This document shows positions 27,269-36,719 of a stretch of 64,000 nt of DNA, in pieces (within the stretch, counting starts at the first letter, position 1; every line of letters starts with the position of its first letter). The notes under the pieces were generated by a model, which had not been told where the DNA came from, did no database searches, and was given only the letters and a program-made list of their open reading frames with translations. The position numbers and the translations under genes are program-made. The stretch is taken from the IMG/VR virus record IMGVR_UViG_3300035698_009252, positions 75,604-139,603 of that record; one strand, written 5' to 3'. This stretch comes from a virus.

Positions 27269-29788
27269 TTACGGAGCGCAATTGTCACATTTCCCACACG
27301 GCCCCGACAACGACACGTCCCCAAAATGTTCGCAAACATAGGCATACCGGCAATCCCTCGTCCGGTAGAACCGCGTCAAAGCATTCAACTTCTCCATCCG
27401 GTCCTTCCTTGAGCCATCAATCTGTACAACATCAAAGGTGTCGTCTTTATCAAGCCACACCTTGTACTTCCCACGGCCAAGTGTTTTGACAAGGCCCTTC
27501 TGCTTCAATGCCGAAATACAGGCCCCGACATTATGTACCCTGGACAATTGCCCCATGACCTTCTGAGTCATGTGTATCTCGGCAAAGTTGGCCCCATTCG
27601 CCTCCTTGAGAGCTGTGGACTTGAGCCACTTCCAGAACCCCTCTACATCCTTGCCACTGGGATTGGTCATGTCTATAAGGAAAGTTTGGGTTCGGTAATC
27701 ATCTTCAAAATCACAAACCGTTAGACAAAAAGAATCCTTACCATCGCGCCCGGCACGCCCTACCGCCTGGAACCAGTCTTCAATGCTCTGAGACAGGCCA
27801 ACGTGCACAACAAAACGAACATCAGGCCGGTCTATACCCATACCAAATGCGGAAGTCGCAACAATAATTCCACCATCCTTAGACCATTGAGTCTGGGTCT
27901 CAGCCCGTTCTGTTTGAAGAAGGCCCGCGTGATAGAACATAGCCGGAATGCCCCGTTTGCACAGGTAATCGCAAACCGCTTCCGCTTCCTTGCGCGTAGC
28001 GGCATACACAATTCCCGTCTTGAAGTCTTCAGCAACAGCGAGGACATACTCATACCGCTCGGCCCCACGCGCCTCCACCATCGCAAATTGCAAATTGGGC
28101 CGATAAACACTCTGAACGAACCTCTTGGCCTCCTCGATATGAAGCGAGCGACAAATGTCTTCCCGGACCTTTTCCGTAGCCGTAGCCGTCAAAGCAACCA
28201 CTTGCCGGGGATTCAGGCGTTCGATAACTCCGCCCAGCTCAGCATAAGCCGGTCGGAAGTCGTGCCCCCACCTGCTAATACAGTTGTGAACTAAAGAGCC
28301 ATTTGCGAAGAAGTTATGACTTCCTTCAACTTCGATGTCGTAAAGCCGCACCCCAACCGGATTCTTTCCAAGGCATTCCCCGGTTGGGAGAGTGCCTCCT
28401 CGTTCGACACGCGAAACACTTTCCACCCGAGCATACGAAGAAACGACTCCTTCCGCTGGTCTGCATCCCGCACCTTCATCGCCTTGTGTGACGGGCCGTC
28501 CACTTCTATTGTGACTTTCTCCAATGGCCACGACAAGTCCAACTTGTAGTGTGTCGGATAGCCACTCCCGTCCCGACAATGTCCTGTTTTTACTATATGG
28601 TTCAGAGAAAGTCCTCCCGCGACTGCAAGAGCAGCCTCCGGTCCCGTCGCACCTCTCCCGTTCCCTCCCCGATTCGTCTTGAACCTGTCCTGGCCCTTCG
28701 ACGCCTTCGACACAGACGCCCTGACCGATTCCCTCTTCATTGGGTTGTCCCGAGTCATCCTCTCCGACGCCTCCGACCTCTTCGTCTGCGAACGCTGGCC
28801 ACACAGAGTCGAACAGTGCAGAGTCCTGTACCCCGGCTTCGTGTGGAAGCTCTTCCCGCACGAAAGACATATCTTCTCTACAGTCGGAACACTTCTTGTT
28901 TTTGCCGACCCTGCCCTTTGACATGCCTGTGAACAATACCTGCTCGGAGGCCGCCCCTTTCTGAGTCGCATCTCCCGAACCTTCCCGCATTCCTCGCACA
29001 CAACTATCTGCTTTGATGATTTCATACCCAGACTGTAACTTGTCCACAGGAACTAAGCCAGTGTTTTTTACGAAAAACTCTTGCCCCCCATCGCAGTACC
29101 CGTCCCGCCCATTTATGCGAACCTTCCACAGGTCCAGACCACGATGAAGGAACAGTCTCGCTACCTTGCCGACGACCGTATTCCCGTCATACTTCGAGAT
29201 AACCTCGTCACCCACCCTGATAGAATCAATCCGGCGCTCACCGGAAGGCGTCAGAACCATCGTATCCCCGATAAAACAGTGAGCCTCATCCACGGCAAAG
29301 ATGTCTACCTTCAGTTTCTCCATGGCCCGGTTAAACTCGGAGTTTCCAAAGCGCTCCGGGGACACATACAAGGCCCGCACGCCGCCCGACGAGACCTCTG
29401 CCAAGGCCAATTTCGCATCCCGCATCGGCACAGAGGAGTTGATTAGGACGGCATTGACACCAAGACCCTGGAGTTTGTCCACCTGGTCCTTCATCAAAGC
29501 AATCAACGGGCTTGCAACTACCGTCAAGGTGTCAGACAGAATCGATGGGAGTTGGTAAACCAGGGATTTCCCTGAACCCGTGGGGAATACACACAACACA
29601 CCTTTTTCGCCCTCTATGGCCTCTGTAATGGCTTCGCGTTGCCCCTCCCGGAACTTTGTATGCCCGAATACCTTCAGGGCATCGTCAAGGCTCATTTGGG
29701 CCACCTTGGGCTTTGATATGACCGCTACCTGTGGTTGGTTACTCTTGGCGGCCCGGAGCGCCCGAACTCTTTCCAGCATGCTACTCAT
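27269..29788 (-). CDS. recQ: RecQ-family DNA helicase containing an intein
   Basis: PTGSGKS, SPLIALMKDQV, DEAH|C...ISRWGHDFRPAY, TATA, FGMGIDRPDVR, QAVGRAGRDG, CGKCDNC. Confidence 0.93.
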   Translation of the reverse strand: MSSMLERVRALRAAKSNQPQVAVISKPKVAQMSLDDALKVFGHTKFREGQREAITEAIEGEKGVLCVFPTGSGKSLVYQLPSILSDTLTVVASPLIALMKDQVDKLQGLGVNAVLINSSVPMRDAKLALAEVSSGGVRALYVSPERFGNSEFNRAMEKLKVDIFAVDEAHCFIGDTMVLTPSGERRIDSIRVGDEVISKYDGNTVVGKVARLFLHRGLDLWKVRINGRDGYCDGGQEFFVKNTGLVPVDKLQSGYEIIKADSCVRGMREGSGDATQKGAASEQVLFTGMSKGRVGKNKKCSDCREDMSFVREELPHEAGVQDSALFDSVWPAFADEEVGGVGEDDSGQPNEEGIGQGVCVEGVEGPGQVQDESGRERERCDGTGGCSCSRGRTFSEPYSKNRTLSGREWLSDTLQVGLVVAIGESHNRSGRPVTQGDEGAGCRPAEGVVSSYARVESVSRVERGGTLPTGECLGKNPVGVRLYDIEVEGSHNFFANGSLVHNCISRWGHDFRPAYAELGGVIERLNPRQVVALTATATEKVREDICRSLHIEEAKRFVQSVYRPNLQFAMVEARGAERYEYVLAVAEDFKTGIVYAATRKEAEAVCDYLCKRGIPAMFYHAGLLQTERAETQTQWSKDGGIIVATSAFGMGIDRPDVRFVVHVGLSQSIEDWFQAVGRAGRDGKDSFCLTVCDFEDDYRTQTFLIDMTNPSGKDVEGFWKWLKSTALKEANGANFAEIHMTQKVMGQLSRVHNVGACISALKQKGLVKTLGRGKYKVWLDKDDTFDVVQIDGSRKDRMEKLNALTRFYRTRDCRYAYVCEHFGDVSLSGPCGKCDNCAP
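28283..29278 (-). mobile_element. Intein (332 aa) inserted after DEAH of RecQ
   Basis: N-terminal CFIGDTMVLT...IRVGDEV; C-terminal LYDIEVEGSHNFFANGSLVHN followed by Cys+1. Confidence 0.92.
28291..29025 (-). CDS. Vsr/DUF559-like endonuclease with Zn fingers, nested out of frame inside the intein
   Basis: CEECG..YCSQAC, CLSCG..HCSTLC; YKLDLSW...IEVDGPSH...DQRKESFLRMLGWKVFRVSN. Confidence 0.8.
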   Translation of the reverse strand: MKSSKQIVVCEECGKVREMRLRKGRPPSRYCSQACQRAGSAKTRSVPTVEKICLSCGKSFHTKPGYRTLHCSTLCGQRSQTKRSEASERMTRDNPMKRESVRASVSKASKGQDRFKTNRGGNGRGATGPEAALAVAGGLSLNHIVKTGHCRDGSGYPTHYKLDLSWPLEKVTIEVDGPSHKAMKVRDADQRKESFLRMLGWKVFRVSNEEALSQPGNALERIRLGCGFTTSKLKEVITSSQMAL

Positions 29789-29971
29789 ACCCTACCAATC
29801 TCCCTGTCACGCCCATATTCGTGCTCAAGAGCGCGAACGCTTACCGGAGTCTCGGCTGTTTTCAAGGGGACAATTTGTCCTCTTGATTCTGAGCGGCCTC
29901 ACTTCGGGAATTGCGCGTTAGCGTGACTCCCCCGTTATTCGGTCCAATCGCCCATGGTCCGGGTGCAGAAC

Positions 29972-30262
29972 TTAGCCACGCCGCTTCACTAACCGGCAAG
30001 CGTACCCGTAGTAGTCCAGCACCTGCACCAGGTTGTCCACGCTGGGGTAGCGCTGTCCACGCTCCCACTGCGAGACCACCGAGATGCTCACATCCAGGTC
30101 GGACGCAACCGCCTTCAGAGGCAAGCCACTTTTCTTACGGGAATCCAGTGCCATCTTGGCAAAGGACTGCACGATAGGGTTGTCCGTGTAGTCCTTGGCA
30201 GCCACACGGCGTGTCTTCTTTGCCTTCTTTACCGTCTTCTTCGCTCTCTTCTTGGCACCCAT
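29972..30262 (-). CDS. XRE-family HTH regulator
   Basis: LKAVASDLDVSISVVSQWERGQRYPSVDNL. Confidence 0.85.
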   Translation of the reverse strand: MGAKKRAKKTVKKAKKTRRVAAKDYTDNPIVQSFAKMALDSRKKSGLPLKAVASDLDVSISVVSQWERGQRYPSVDNLVQVLDYYGYACRLVKRRG

Positions 30263-30272
30263 AGGGTCCTCC

Positions 30273-30626
30273 TTATGTTATGTTTTGAAGCATTTCGATG
30301 TAGGTTGTCGTCCATTCCCCATCAGAAGGGCTAAACCCGGCAAGTTCCAGCCTTTGACGAGTCCGACGATTGCACGTTGCCTTGCAACTTTCGATAATGA
30401 TATTTTTGGCCCATCTTTTGGAGGGAGGGGTTTCTACCCACCGATGCAAAGTGTCCGACCCGTGGTGGTAGCAGGTAACAGTAGTGCGGAGATAACCACA
30501 GATATTTTTCCGAAAGATAACCCGTTCGCCTCTTTCGTGCATCTTGACGATGCTGAGGTGGTCCTTCCGGTGAACCTCAAGCCAAGCCAAGAAGTCTTCG
30601 AAGTCTCTGTGCCTTTTTTCCTTCAC
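30273..30626 (-). CDS. Hypothetical protein
   Basis: 117-aa ORF in the gene run. Confidence 0.45.
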   Translation of the reverse strand: MKEKRHRDFEDFLAWLEVHRKDHLSIVKMHERGERVIFRKNICGYLRTTVTCYHHGSDTLHRWVETPPSKRWAKNIIIESCKATCNRRTRQRLELAGFSPSDGEWTTTYIEMLQNIT

Positions 30627-30765
30627 GCCCTACTATACACTTGGAAGCCGGGGACAAGACAAAAAAAGAGAGGGTTCTCAGTCAACCCGAGGTTCCTTGG
30701 CGGCGGCGAGGGCATAATCGAGTCGGCTCTGCTCGTTTAACGCATGCTCCAGTTCATCACCCTTA

Positions 30766-31038
30766 TCAGGTCAATGCCTGGTATGTCCTCTGCCTCAACA
30801 CCCTGGTGGCATCCATTTCGACTGCAACATCCGCATACTTACTTTTCCATTTCGTTACTTCAGCCTGCGCCTCGTCCAGTTTATCCACCAAACCCCGCAA
30901 CTTCTCCCGCTCGGCGTCAAGAGCGGCTTCGGCTTTGATGGCGCGTTGCTGATAGGCATCCGCTTCTGCGTTCAATGCCCGTTCGTGTTCCCTCGACGCT
31001 GCGAGGGCAGTCTGGATATTCGTTACCTTACTACTCAT
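30766..31038 (-). CDS. Coiled-coil hypothetical protein
   Basis: GGAGAGGGG RBS; heptad pattern. Confidence 0.6.
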   Translation of the reverse strand: MSSKVTNIQTALAASREHERALNAEADAYQQRAIKAEAALDAEREKLRGLVDKLDEAQAEVTKWKSKYADVAVEMDATRVLRQRTYQALT

Positions 31039-31107
31039 CCCCTCCTCCGCTCCTCCCGTTAATCCCTGCCTACCCCATTATACTCTTCTGCAAGGATTTC
31101 CGGGCAC

Positions 31108-31139
31108 AAAAAAAGACCCTCGGTTTCCCGAGGGCCTTT
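31108..31139 (-). terminator. Rho-independent terminator
   Basis: GGCCCTCGG-GAAA-CCGAGGGTC followed by a T run. Confidence 0.8.
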
Positions 31140-31146
31140 CTAGCTT

Positions 31147-31554
31147 TCAAGATAGGCAAACCTTCTCCCCCCAAACAAATGCCACTCCGCAAGGCCACCC
31201 ATCCCTCGGCAAATTATCCGAGACTGTCCTGAAGATATCCCCGATGATAGTGGAGAACTCATCCGAGAGTTGAGACGAGATTCGATGCGCCGAGGACCAC
31301 CGCCCTCCACAACTTATGTGTGCTCCCTTACATTGAGAGCCAATGTTTTCCTTCCACTTCTTCCTGATGGTCTGGGCCAAGCCCACCGCCTCCAACCGAG
31401 AACCAAAAGCACGGGAAGCACGACCATCATTGTCAATCGAGCCAACATTCCACCTCAAACTAACCGTTTTTCGGTGCCGGGTAATTTCAATCCTTGAGCA
31501 TGATGGACGCCCCGCAAGAATCGGACCCGGTATCTCTATAACTTGTTTAGGCAC
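31147..31554 (-). CDS. Hypothetical protein
   Basis: 135-aa ORF with GAGGAG RBS. Confidence 0.5.
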   Translation of the reverse strand: MPKQVIEIPGPILAGRPSCSRIEITRHRKTVSLRWNVGSIDNDGRASRAFGSRLEAVGLAQTIRKKWKENIGSQCKGAHISCGGRWSSAHRISSQLSDEFSTIIGDIFRTVSDNLPRDGWPCGVAFVWGEKVCLS

Positions 31555-31568
31555 TCCTCAACTCCTAA

Positions 31569-32066
31569 TCACGCAGTTCTCGCCGCTGTTACACGCGGGT
31601 GATGGAAAGGCATACCCACCGCTTCTCCGAATCCCATCCCACATAGTCTCTCCATCAAGCGGCCTACCCTGTCATCCAATGCGGCGGGCAATAAAACTTC
31701 CCCAAAATCCCCATATTTCTTGCAAATCTTTTCTCTAATCCGGCACAGGTCATTCCTGTCCGGCTCCCATTCTGACAGGATGCCGTTATTACGCTGTCGG
31801 GGCGGGTCCCACGCCCACACGCCACAGAATCTTTTTCCATTTTCATCTTGTCCAATATGGATTAACGCTCTCCGTTTCCGCCCATCTTCTCTTGTCCAAG
31901 GAACATCTCCCCCGGCAAGAAAACATGGCTTACCCTGACATCTTTCACCGAATTCGTTAGGGGCATCCCCACATACGTCTTCTTGAAGATACCTTTCGCC
32001 GAAACTTGCCGATGCCATCATACCGCAATGTGGACACACGCAAAAAATTCCCTCATACATCATCAC
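31569..32066 (-). CDS. Hypothetical Cys-containing protein
   Basis: 165-aa ORF; CPHCG. Confidence 0.5.
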   Translation of the reverse strand: MMMYEGIFCVCPHCGMMASASFGERYLQEDVCGDAPNEFGERCQGKPCFLAGGDVPWTREDGRKRRALIHIGQDENGKRFCGVWAWDPPRQRNNGILSEWEPDRNDLCRIREKICKKYGDFGEVLLPAALDDRVGRLMERLCGMGFGEAVGMPFHHPRVTAARTA

Positions 32067-32073
32067 CTCCGAA

Positions 32074-33216
32074 CTACAATACCATCAAGCGCCACCCCTG
32101 CTCGACATTCTTATCTTCTATTTTTCCCTCAACCACGAGAGAACTGATGGCTGCTGCCACATCGGTATCTGTGAAAATCGGCTCCGAGTCGTCATCCAGA
32201 AGATGACAGCAGCTATCAATTGCCGCATCCCTGTCAGCAGAAGCCTCGGCGATTTCATCCGCACTACACATACCCGACCACCATCCATCCTCCTCCCGGA
32301 TAATCGTCATCATCACATCCTTGAGGGCCGCGAACAAATCAACCCCATCCGACTTCGCGTCCACGCCAAGGGCTCCGGCACCAATCCCGACATTATGCAG
32401 GAAAAACATTTCGCTATCATCATGCCCCTGGTGAGAGAAATTGCATTCTCCACAGTCTTCGCAGTGCATGTAGGTTCCTGTAAAATCGTGACAAAGGGCT
32501 TCATTTATGAATATCCAACGACTTCCGCAGACAGGGCACCTCGCGCCATTCACGAAACCACTCCGCTCCCACTTGGTCTCCTTGTAGGGATTCACAGCAT
32601 TCCCCATCAGAAACCACCTCAGCCAGGCAGAAACCATGTTATCTGACACAGCGTGCCACTCACTCCCGTCAGAGAAAGCACATTCGATGCAAGAAAACGC
32701 TCCGTCCATCTCCTCAAGAAAATCTTCAGAATCGTAACTCCTTGCCCAGCGGACGCGGTACGCCTCGAAAACTTCCACCAAGCTACTTGGCAGGGATGCC
32801 CTGGCTTTCTGCCGGTCCTCATCACTCTTCAAATCATCCTCTCTCGGGAGAACAACAATTTGAGCATTCTTCCACCCCGGAACCGTTGCCTCCCGGAGCA
32901 AGGAAACCCGTCTTTGAAGCTCAAGGACCCGCCCCTCTTCTGAAAGTGCATCAACAAAGTCCTCAAAGGCATCCGGCTGACGAGCGGCGACATCGGCATC
33001 TCGTATCGCCTTCAGAATTTTTCCGCCATCGTCGTCGGAGGCCATTTCTGCCCCCGCCAATCTATGTGCAAGAAGTTGGGCACGCACATAGTCAAGAATA
33101 GGCTGCACACGTTTGTTACGCTTTTGCCTGTCCCGGTCGTCCTTCTCGTATCCCTTGATGCGGGCGTCACTCTGCTCTCGTATCTCTTCCTGGCTCATCT
33201 CAACAGGCATTTTCAT
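32074..33216 (-). CDS. Hypothetical protein with Zn-ribbon
   Basis: 380 aa; CPVCG...CEDCG. Confidence 0.6.
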   Translation of the reverse strand: MKMPVEMSQEEIREQSDARIKGYEKDDRDRQKRNKRVQPILDYVRAQLLAHRLAGAEMASDDDGGKILKAIRDADVAARQPDAFEDFVDALSEEGRVLELQRRVSLLREATVPGWKNAQIVVLPREDDLKSDEDRQKARASLPSSLVEVFEAYRVRWARSYDSEDFLEEMDGAFSCIECAFSDGSEWHAVSDNMVSAWLRWFLMGNAVNPYKETKWERSGFVNGARCPVCGSRWIFINEALCHDFTGTYMHCEDCGECNFSHQGHDDSEMFFLHNVGIGAGALGVDAKSDGVDLFAALKDVMMTIIREEDGWWSGMCSADEIAEASADRDAAIDSCCHLLDDDSEPIFTDTDVAAAISSLVVEGKIEDKNVEQGWRLMVL

Positions 33217-33229
33217 TTTCTACTCCTCT

Positions 33230-33922
33230 TCAGTTTTTCGGCTTGGCCGCATTCACCGCCTTAACAATCTCATCAAAAATCATACTGATGACGGGGCCGA
33301 ATAGGTCGCCATTCTTGTCGGGATGGGCAATCATCATAATCCTTCGGTAAGCGTCCTTAAACTTTGCAGGGTTCAGAAGCTCGCTGAGGGATGCCCCCTT
33401 TAAGATGTCCGACAACTCACTTCTGGTCAGAACAGAGCGGCCCCTATTCTGCATTTGAATATGATTCGACTGAATAATCATCTTCAGAAAAGCAACCTCG
33501 TCCCGCAGGTAGTGAACGCTTTCAGTCAGCTCCCCATTCTCACGGCTAACAGAGGACAAAGCCGAACGAAGGTCTTCGTTATCGCATTCCAATGAGTAGA
33601 CTTCTTTGGAAATATCCAATCCCGCCGCATCCCTAATCCCGGTCTCCGAAACAGGACTCGCGATATAGTATTCATTCCCCGTTTTGCTACGGCGAGAACA
33701 CAAAGACACTAGAACACGTTCTTTTAGAGGCGGAATCCAATCTCCATTTGGATAGCACGTCCTGCCATCACTAGAGCGGGCACCCACCGATTTCTCATCC
33801 CATGGAAGCGGATTGAAGACAACCCATTCCCAACGATTGTCCGGCAGCTCGCCCCACTCCATCTTGTGCTCTGTCCACTTCTCCCTCACCCTCTCCAAGA
33901 TTGAACTCATAACTTCAGCCAC
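33230..33922 (-). CDS. Protein with coiled coil and C-terminal DnaJ (J-domain)-like segment
   Basis: FKDAYRRIMMIAHPDKNGD. Confidence 0.65.
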   Translation of the reverse strand: MAEVMSSILERVREKWTEHKMEWGELPDNRWEWVVFNPLPWDEKSVGARSSDGRTCYPNGDWIPPLKERVLVSLCSRRSKTGNEYYIASPVSETGIRDAAGLDISKEVYSLECDNEDLRSALSSVSRENGELTESVHYLRDEVAFLKMIIQSNHIQMQNRGRSVLTRSELSDILKGASLSELLNPAKFKDAYRRIMMIAHPDKNGDLFGPVISMIFDEIVKAVNAAKPKN

Positions 33923-34992
33923 TCCTCAACTCGCCTCCCGGTTACGGCCCAATCCTCAAGCACATCGTGCTCCCATAGGACAAGGCAATAAATGCCTGCC
34001 CCATTATACGCTTCAACCAGCTCCTGAGCATGAATCTCTTCAGGAATCCCCGTAACTTCCTCCGAATGCCACCAACTCCCCAGCAATTCCACCACCTTCA
34101 CCGCCCGCCAATACCTGGGGAATCGCTGCTTCCCCGCCGATAACACCTGGGCCTTTGCCGCAATCCCCGGCGAAAACACCATGAAATCAGGATTCAGGTC
34201 GTGAAACACCCGGCCCAGCTTCCTTACGCCCACCTTTGTCCTGATGAACCGTGCCCCATACCCACTATACACCACAGTCTCCGGCGTATGCTGGTCGAAG
34301 AACCACTCCAAGTGTGTAGGACGGACCCCGTTGGCCTCCCGGTTGCGGATAAAGACCTCTTCATCCTTCATGGGGTGGTCCACGCCATACCGACGCATAC
34401 TCGTTTGCACAAGCCTCTTCTTTACCTCCGGGTCGGCAAAGGGATTGGCATGGCCATGCCTACTCAAATGAGTAGCCTCACGCTTCTTCTGGATAGCCTC
34501 GAAGTCTTGCTTGGCCTTCCACTTATCGGCAACGGATGATGCGATAAGCTGGAGTCCACGGTTCTTTTCAAGGACTATCTTGTCCTCAGACCACCCATGA
34601 ACGCGCCGGAGATGCTTACCAAGCCGCAGGAGGGCTACACCACACTCCGGGCACGCCACGTAGTCCACGCCCTTCTTATAGGCTTCAGGGTGAGCCTGCA
34701 CGCACTCGGCACGATGCTTCGTCGCTGTCTCGGGCTGATACCACTCAGAACAGACATGGCACTGTTTTGCACCACGCTTTTGGGACATAGGCTTATAGCC
34801 GCCCTTGGCCCGCTTAGAAGCCGATTGCCTATCGATAGCCCGTCTGACGACCAATTGTGCTTCAGGAAACCTGTCCCGATACCCCGAAGCGTCAAGTCCG
34901 TGAAGCTTGATATGGCAAGATAAAACCGGGGACCTGTAACCACACACCATACACACAAGATGGTCAACGCCCTCTTCTTTGTACCCCGGCAT
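33907..34992 (-). CDS. Free-standing Vsr-like homing endonuclease with Zn fingers
   Basis: CMVCG..HIKLHG, CPECG..HLRRVHG, YGVDHPMK, NPDF...VELLGSWWH...LVLWEHD. Confidence 0.7.
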   Translation of the reverse strand: MPGYKEEGVDHLVCMVCGYRSPVLSCHIKLHGLDASGYRDRFPEAQLVVRRAIDRQSASKRAKGGYKPMSQKRGAKQCHVCSEWYQPETATKHRAECVQAHPEAYKKGVDYVACPECGVALLRLGKHLRRVHGWSEDKIVLEKNRGLQLIASSVADKWKAKQDFEAIQKKREATHLSRHGHANPFADPEVKKRLVQTSMRRYGVDHPMKDEEVFIRNREANGVRPTHLEWFFDQHTPETVVYSGYGARFIRTKVGVRKLGRVFHDLNPDFMVFSPGIAAKAQVLSAGKQRFPRYWRAVKVVELLGSWWHSEEVTGIPEEIHAQELVEAYNGAGIYCLVLWEHDVLEDWAVTGRRVEEWLKL

Positions 34993-35108
34993 TTCGTTCG
35001 GTGGTGATAGACCTGCTTCCCGTTAACGACATCCCCGCCACATATTTCGCATGACACGGTATTCATAGTTCCATGTATCGTACAACAACTGGCAGACACT
35101 ACCAAGAC

Positions 35109-35142
35109 AAAAAGAGACCCACGGTTTCCCGTGGGCCTCTCT
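35109..35142 (-). terminator. Rho-independent terminator after the capsid gene
   Basis: GAGGCCCACGG-GAAA-CCGTGGGTCTC followed by a T run. Confidence 0.85.
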
Positions 35143-35194
35143 GGCTTTCAACCAGTTCGCACTAGTCTCTCCACCAGGTGTAAGTCGTTGAGAC

Positions 35195-36055
35195 TTAGAC
35201 CCTTGTGATGGCGAGGACTTGCAGTGCAAATGGGTTATATGCCCCAATGCCGAGCTGCTCGAAGATGCTGAATCCAATCAGGCGGTTCTTCGGGTCATCG
35301 GCGGACAGCACCGTCAGCTCCGTACGCACCGGAATGCGACCGAAGAATTCGGGCTCACCGCAGACATACACGGTGCCTTCCGGCACAATGCGGCTGACCA
35401 TGAGCTTGGCACCCCAGAGGGTAGCCATGAGACCGGTCTTCAACAGAACGGCCTGCGTCTCGATGTCGAGCGTGTCCCTGTCCCACTTACGCAGGTCGGC
35501 GTAATCCTTGGCGTTCAGGAAGACGGACGCGACACGGATGTCGGTACGCTCCACGTTCGCGAAGGCATCTGCCAGGGCGTTCGCCGTCAGGTTGCCCGTG
35601 ACGGGGATGCTCGGGTTCGGGTTCGTCGGGTCGGCGGCAAGGGCGTCCATAACTGCGAAAACCTTGCGGTCCTCTTCAGCCTGGATTTCGGCCTTGGCCA
35701 GGTCGACGGAGCGCTCAATCAGGTCGAAACGACGCTGCTTGATTTCCGTGAGCTGGATTTCCGGGTTCGACGCGATTTCGAAGAGCGGGAACAGAACACG
35801 CTTCGGCTTTGCGACCGCAACGATGTTCTCGCCTTCCTCACCGACCACGTAGGCGGTGATGTTCGGGTCCTTGTCGTAGATGGGGAGTGCGCCATCGGGA
35901 AGCGGCTCGACATAGAATGCCTTGCGACCGACCGAGGTGTAGTCCCTGCGACGACGCAGAGGCTGAATCATCGAGCTGGCCAAACGCTGGCGTCCTGCCG
36001 CCGTACGAATGTGCTGGCCAATGATTTCTTGTTTGGTTTGGTTGTCAACAGCCAT
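35195..36055 (-). CDS. Major capsid protein (HK97 fold)
   Basis: PLRRRRDY..VGRKAFYVEPLPDGALPIYDKD, PLFEIASNP, AEIQAEEDRKVF; strong codon bias; lies after scaffold and decoration genes. Confidence 0.8.
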   Translation of the reverse strand: MAVDNQTKQEIIGQHIRTAAGRQRLASSMIQPLRRRRDYTSVGRKAFYVEPLPDGALPIYDKDPNITAYVVGEEGENIVAVAKPKRVLFPLFEIASNPEIQLTEIKQRRFDLIERSVDLAKAEIQAEEDRKVFAVMDALAADPTNPNPSIPVTGNLTANALADAFANVERTDIRVASVFLNAKDYADLRKWDRDTLDIETQAVLLKTGLMATLWGAKLMVSRIVPEGTVYVCGEPEFFGRIPVRTELTVLSADDPKNRLIGFSIFEQLGIGAYNPFALQVLAITRV

Positions 36056-36188
36056 GGTTGTACCTAACCTTTCTTTTTGTGCTTCCGGTTTCAGTCGGCG
36101 TTATCGCCGCCCTGTCCTTCTTGCGTTTTGTTTCTTATCCACTCGCCTGAGCTGCTCCCCACCGGTTAGGGCGGGGAGCACTCACACG

Positions 36189-36683
36189 TTAGATGCGTTC
36201 GTCGAGTCCGAGCGTCGGGCTGGCCGTGCTCGGGGCCTTCGTCACGATACCGATGATTTCGCTCGACGCGGTCGTCTCGTTCGTCAGCATGCCCTGTGCG
36301 GAGCCGTACAGCTTGTTCCCCACCGCCCAGGTGATGTCCGCGTTGTCTGCTGCGTTGCGAGTTTCGTACACGTCCACCTCGACCGATGCCTGTGCCTTCA
36401 TCACGGCGACCTTACCGCTCGCGACCGCCGGGGCATTCTCGAATGCCGCACCTGCTGCGTCGTTTACGAAAAGACCAACCGGAATCAAGCCGGTAGTCAT
36501 CGGTACCACGGTGTAATCCAACCCGGCGGAAATTGCCGCGATGGAGCCACCGAGCACGCCGCGAGGCGTGTTGACGCTCAGCGTCGAGTTCGTGTTCACG
36601 CCATAGTTGCTCTTGGTAAAGCAAGCATCCGACAGAACCGGAATCGAGTTGAGCTGCCCTCTGATGAGAATTGTGAGTGCCAT
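36189..36683 (-). CDS. Capsid decoration/cement protein (putative)
   Basis: Small beta-rich A/T/G/S-rich protein immediately upstream of the capsid gene; GNKLYGSAQGMLT. Confidence 0.6.
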   Translation of the reverse strand: MALTILIRGQLNSIPVLSDACFTKSNYGVNTNSTLSVNTPRGVLGGSIAAISAGLDYTVVPMTTGLIPVGLFVNDAAGAAFENAPAVASGKVAVMKAQASVEVDVYETRNAADNADITWAVGNKLYGSAQGMLTNETTASSEIIGIVTKAPSTASPTLGLDERI

Positions 36684-36719
36684 TTTTTAGCTCTCCCTTC
36701 CTACTGTTTTTTCTCCGGC

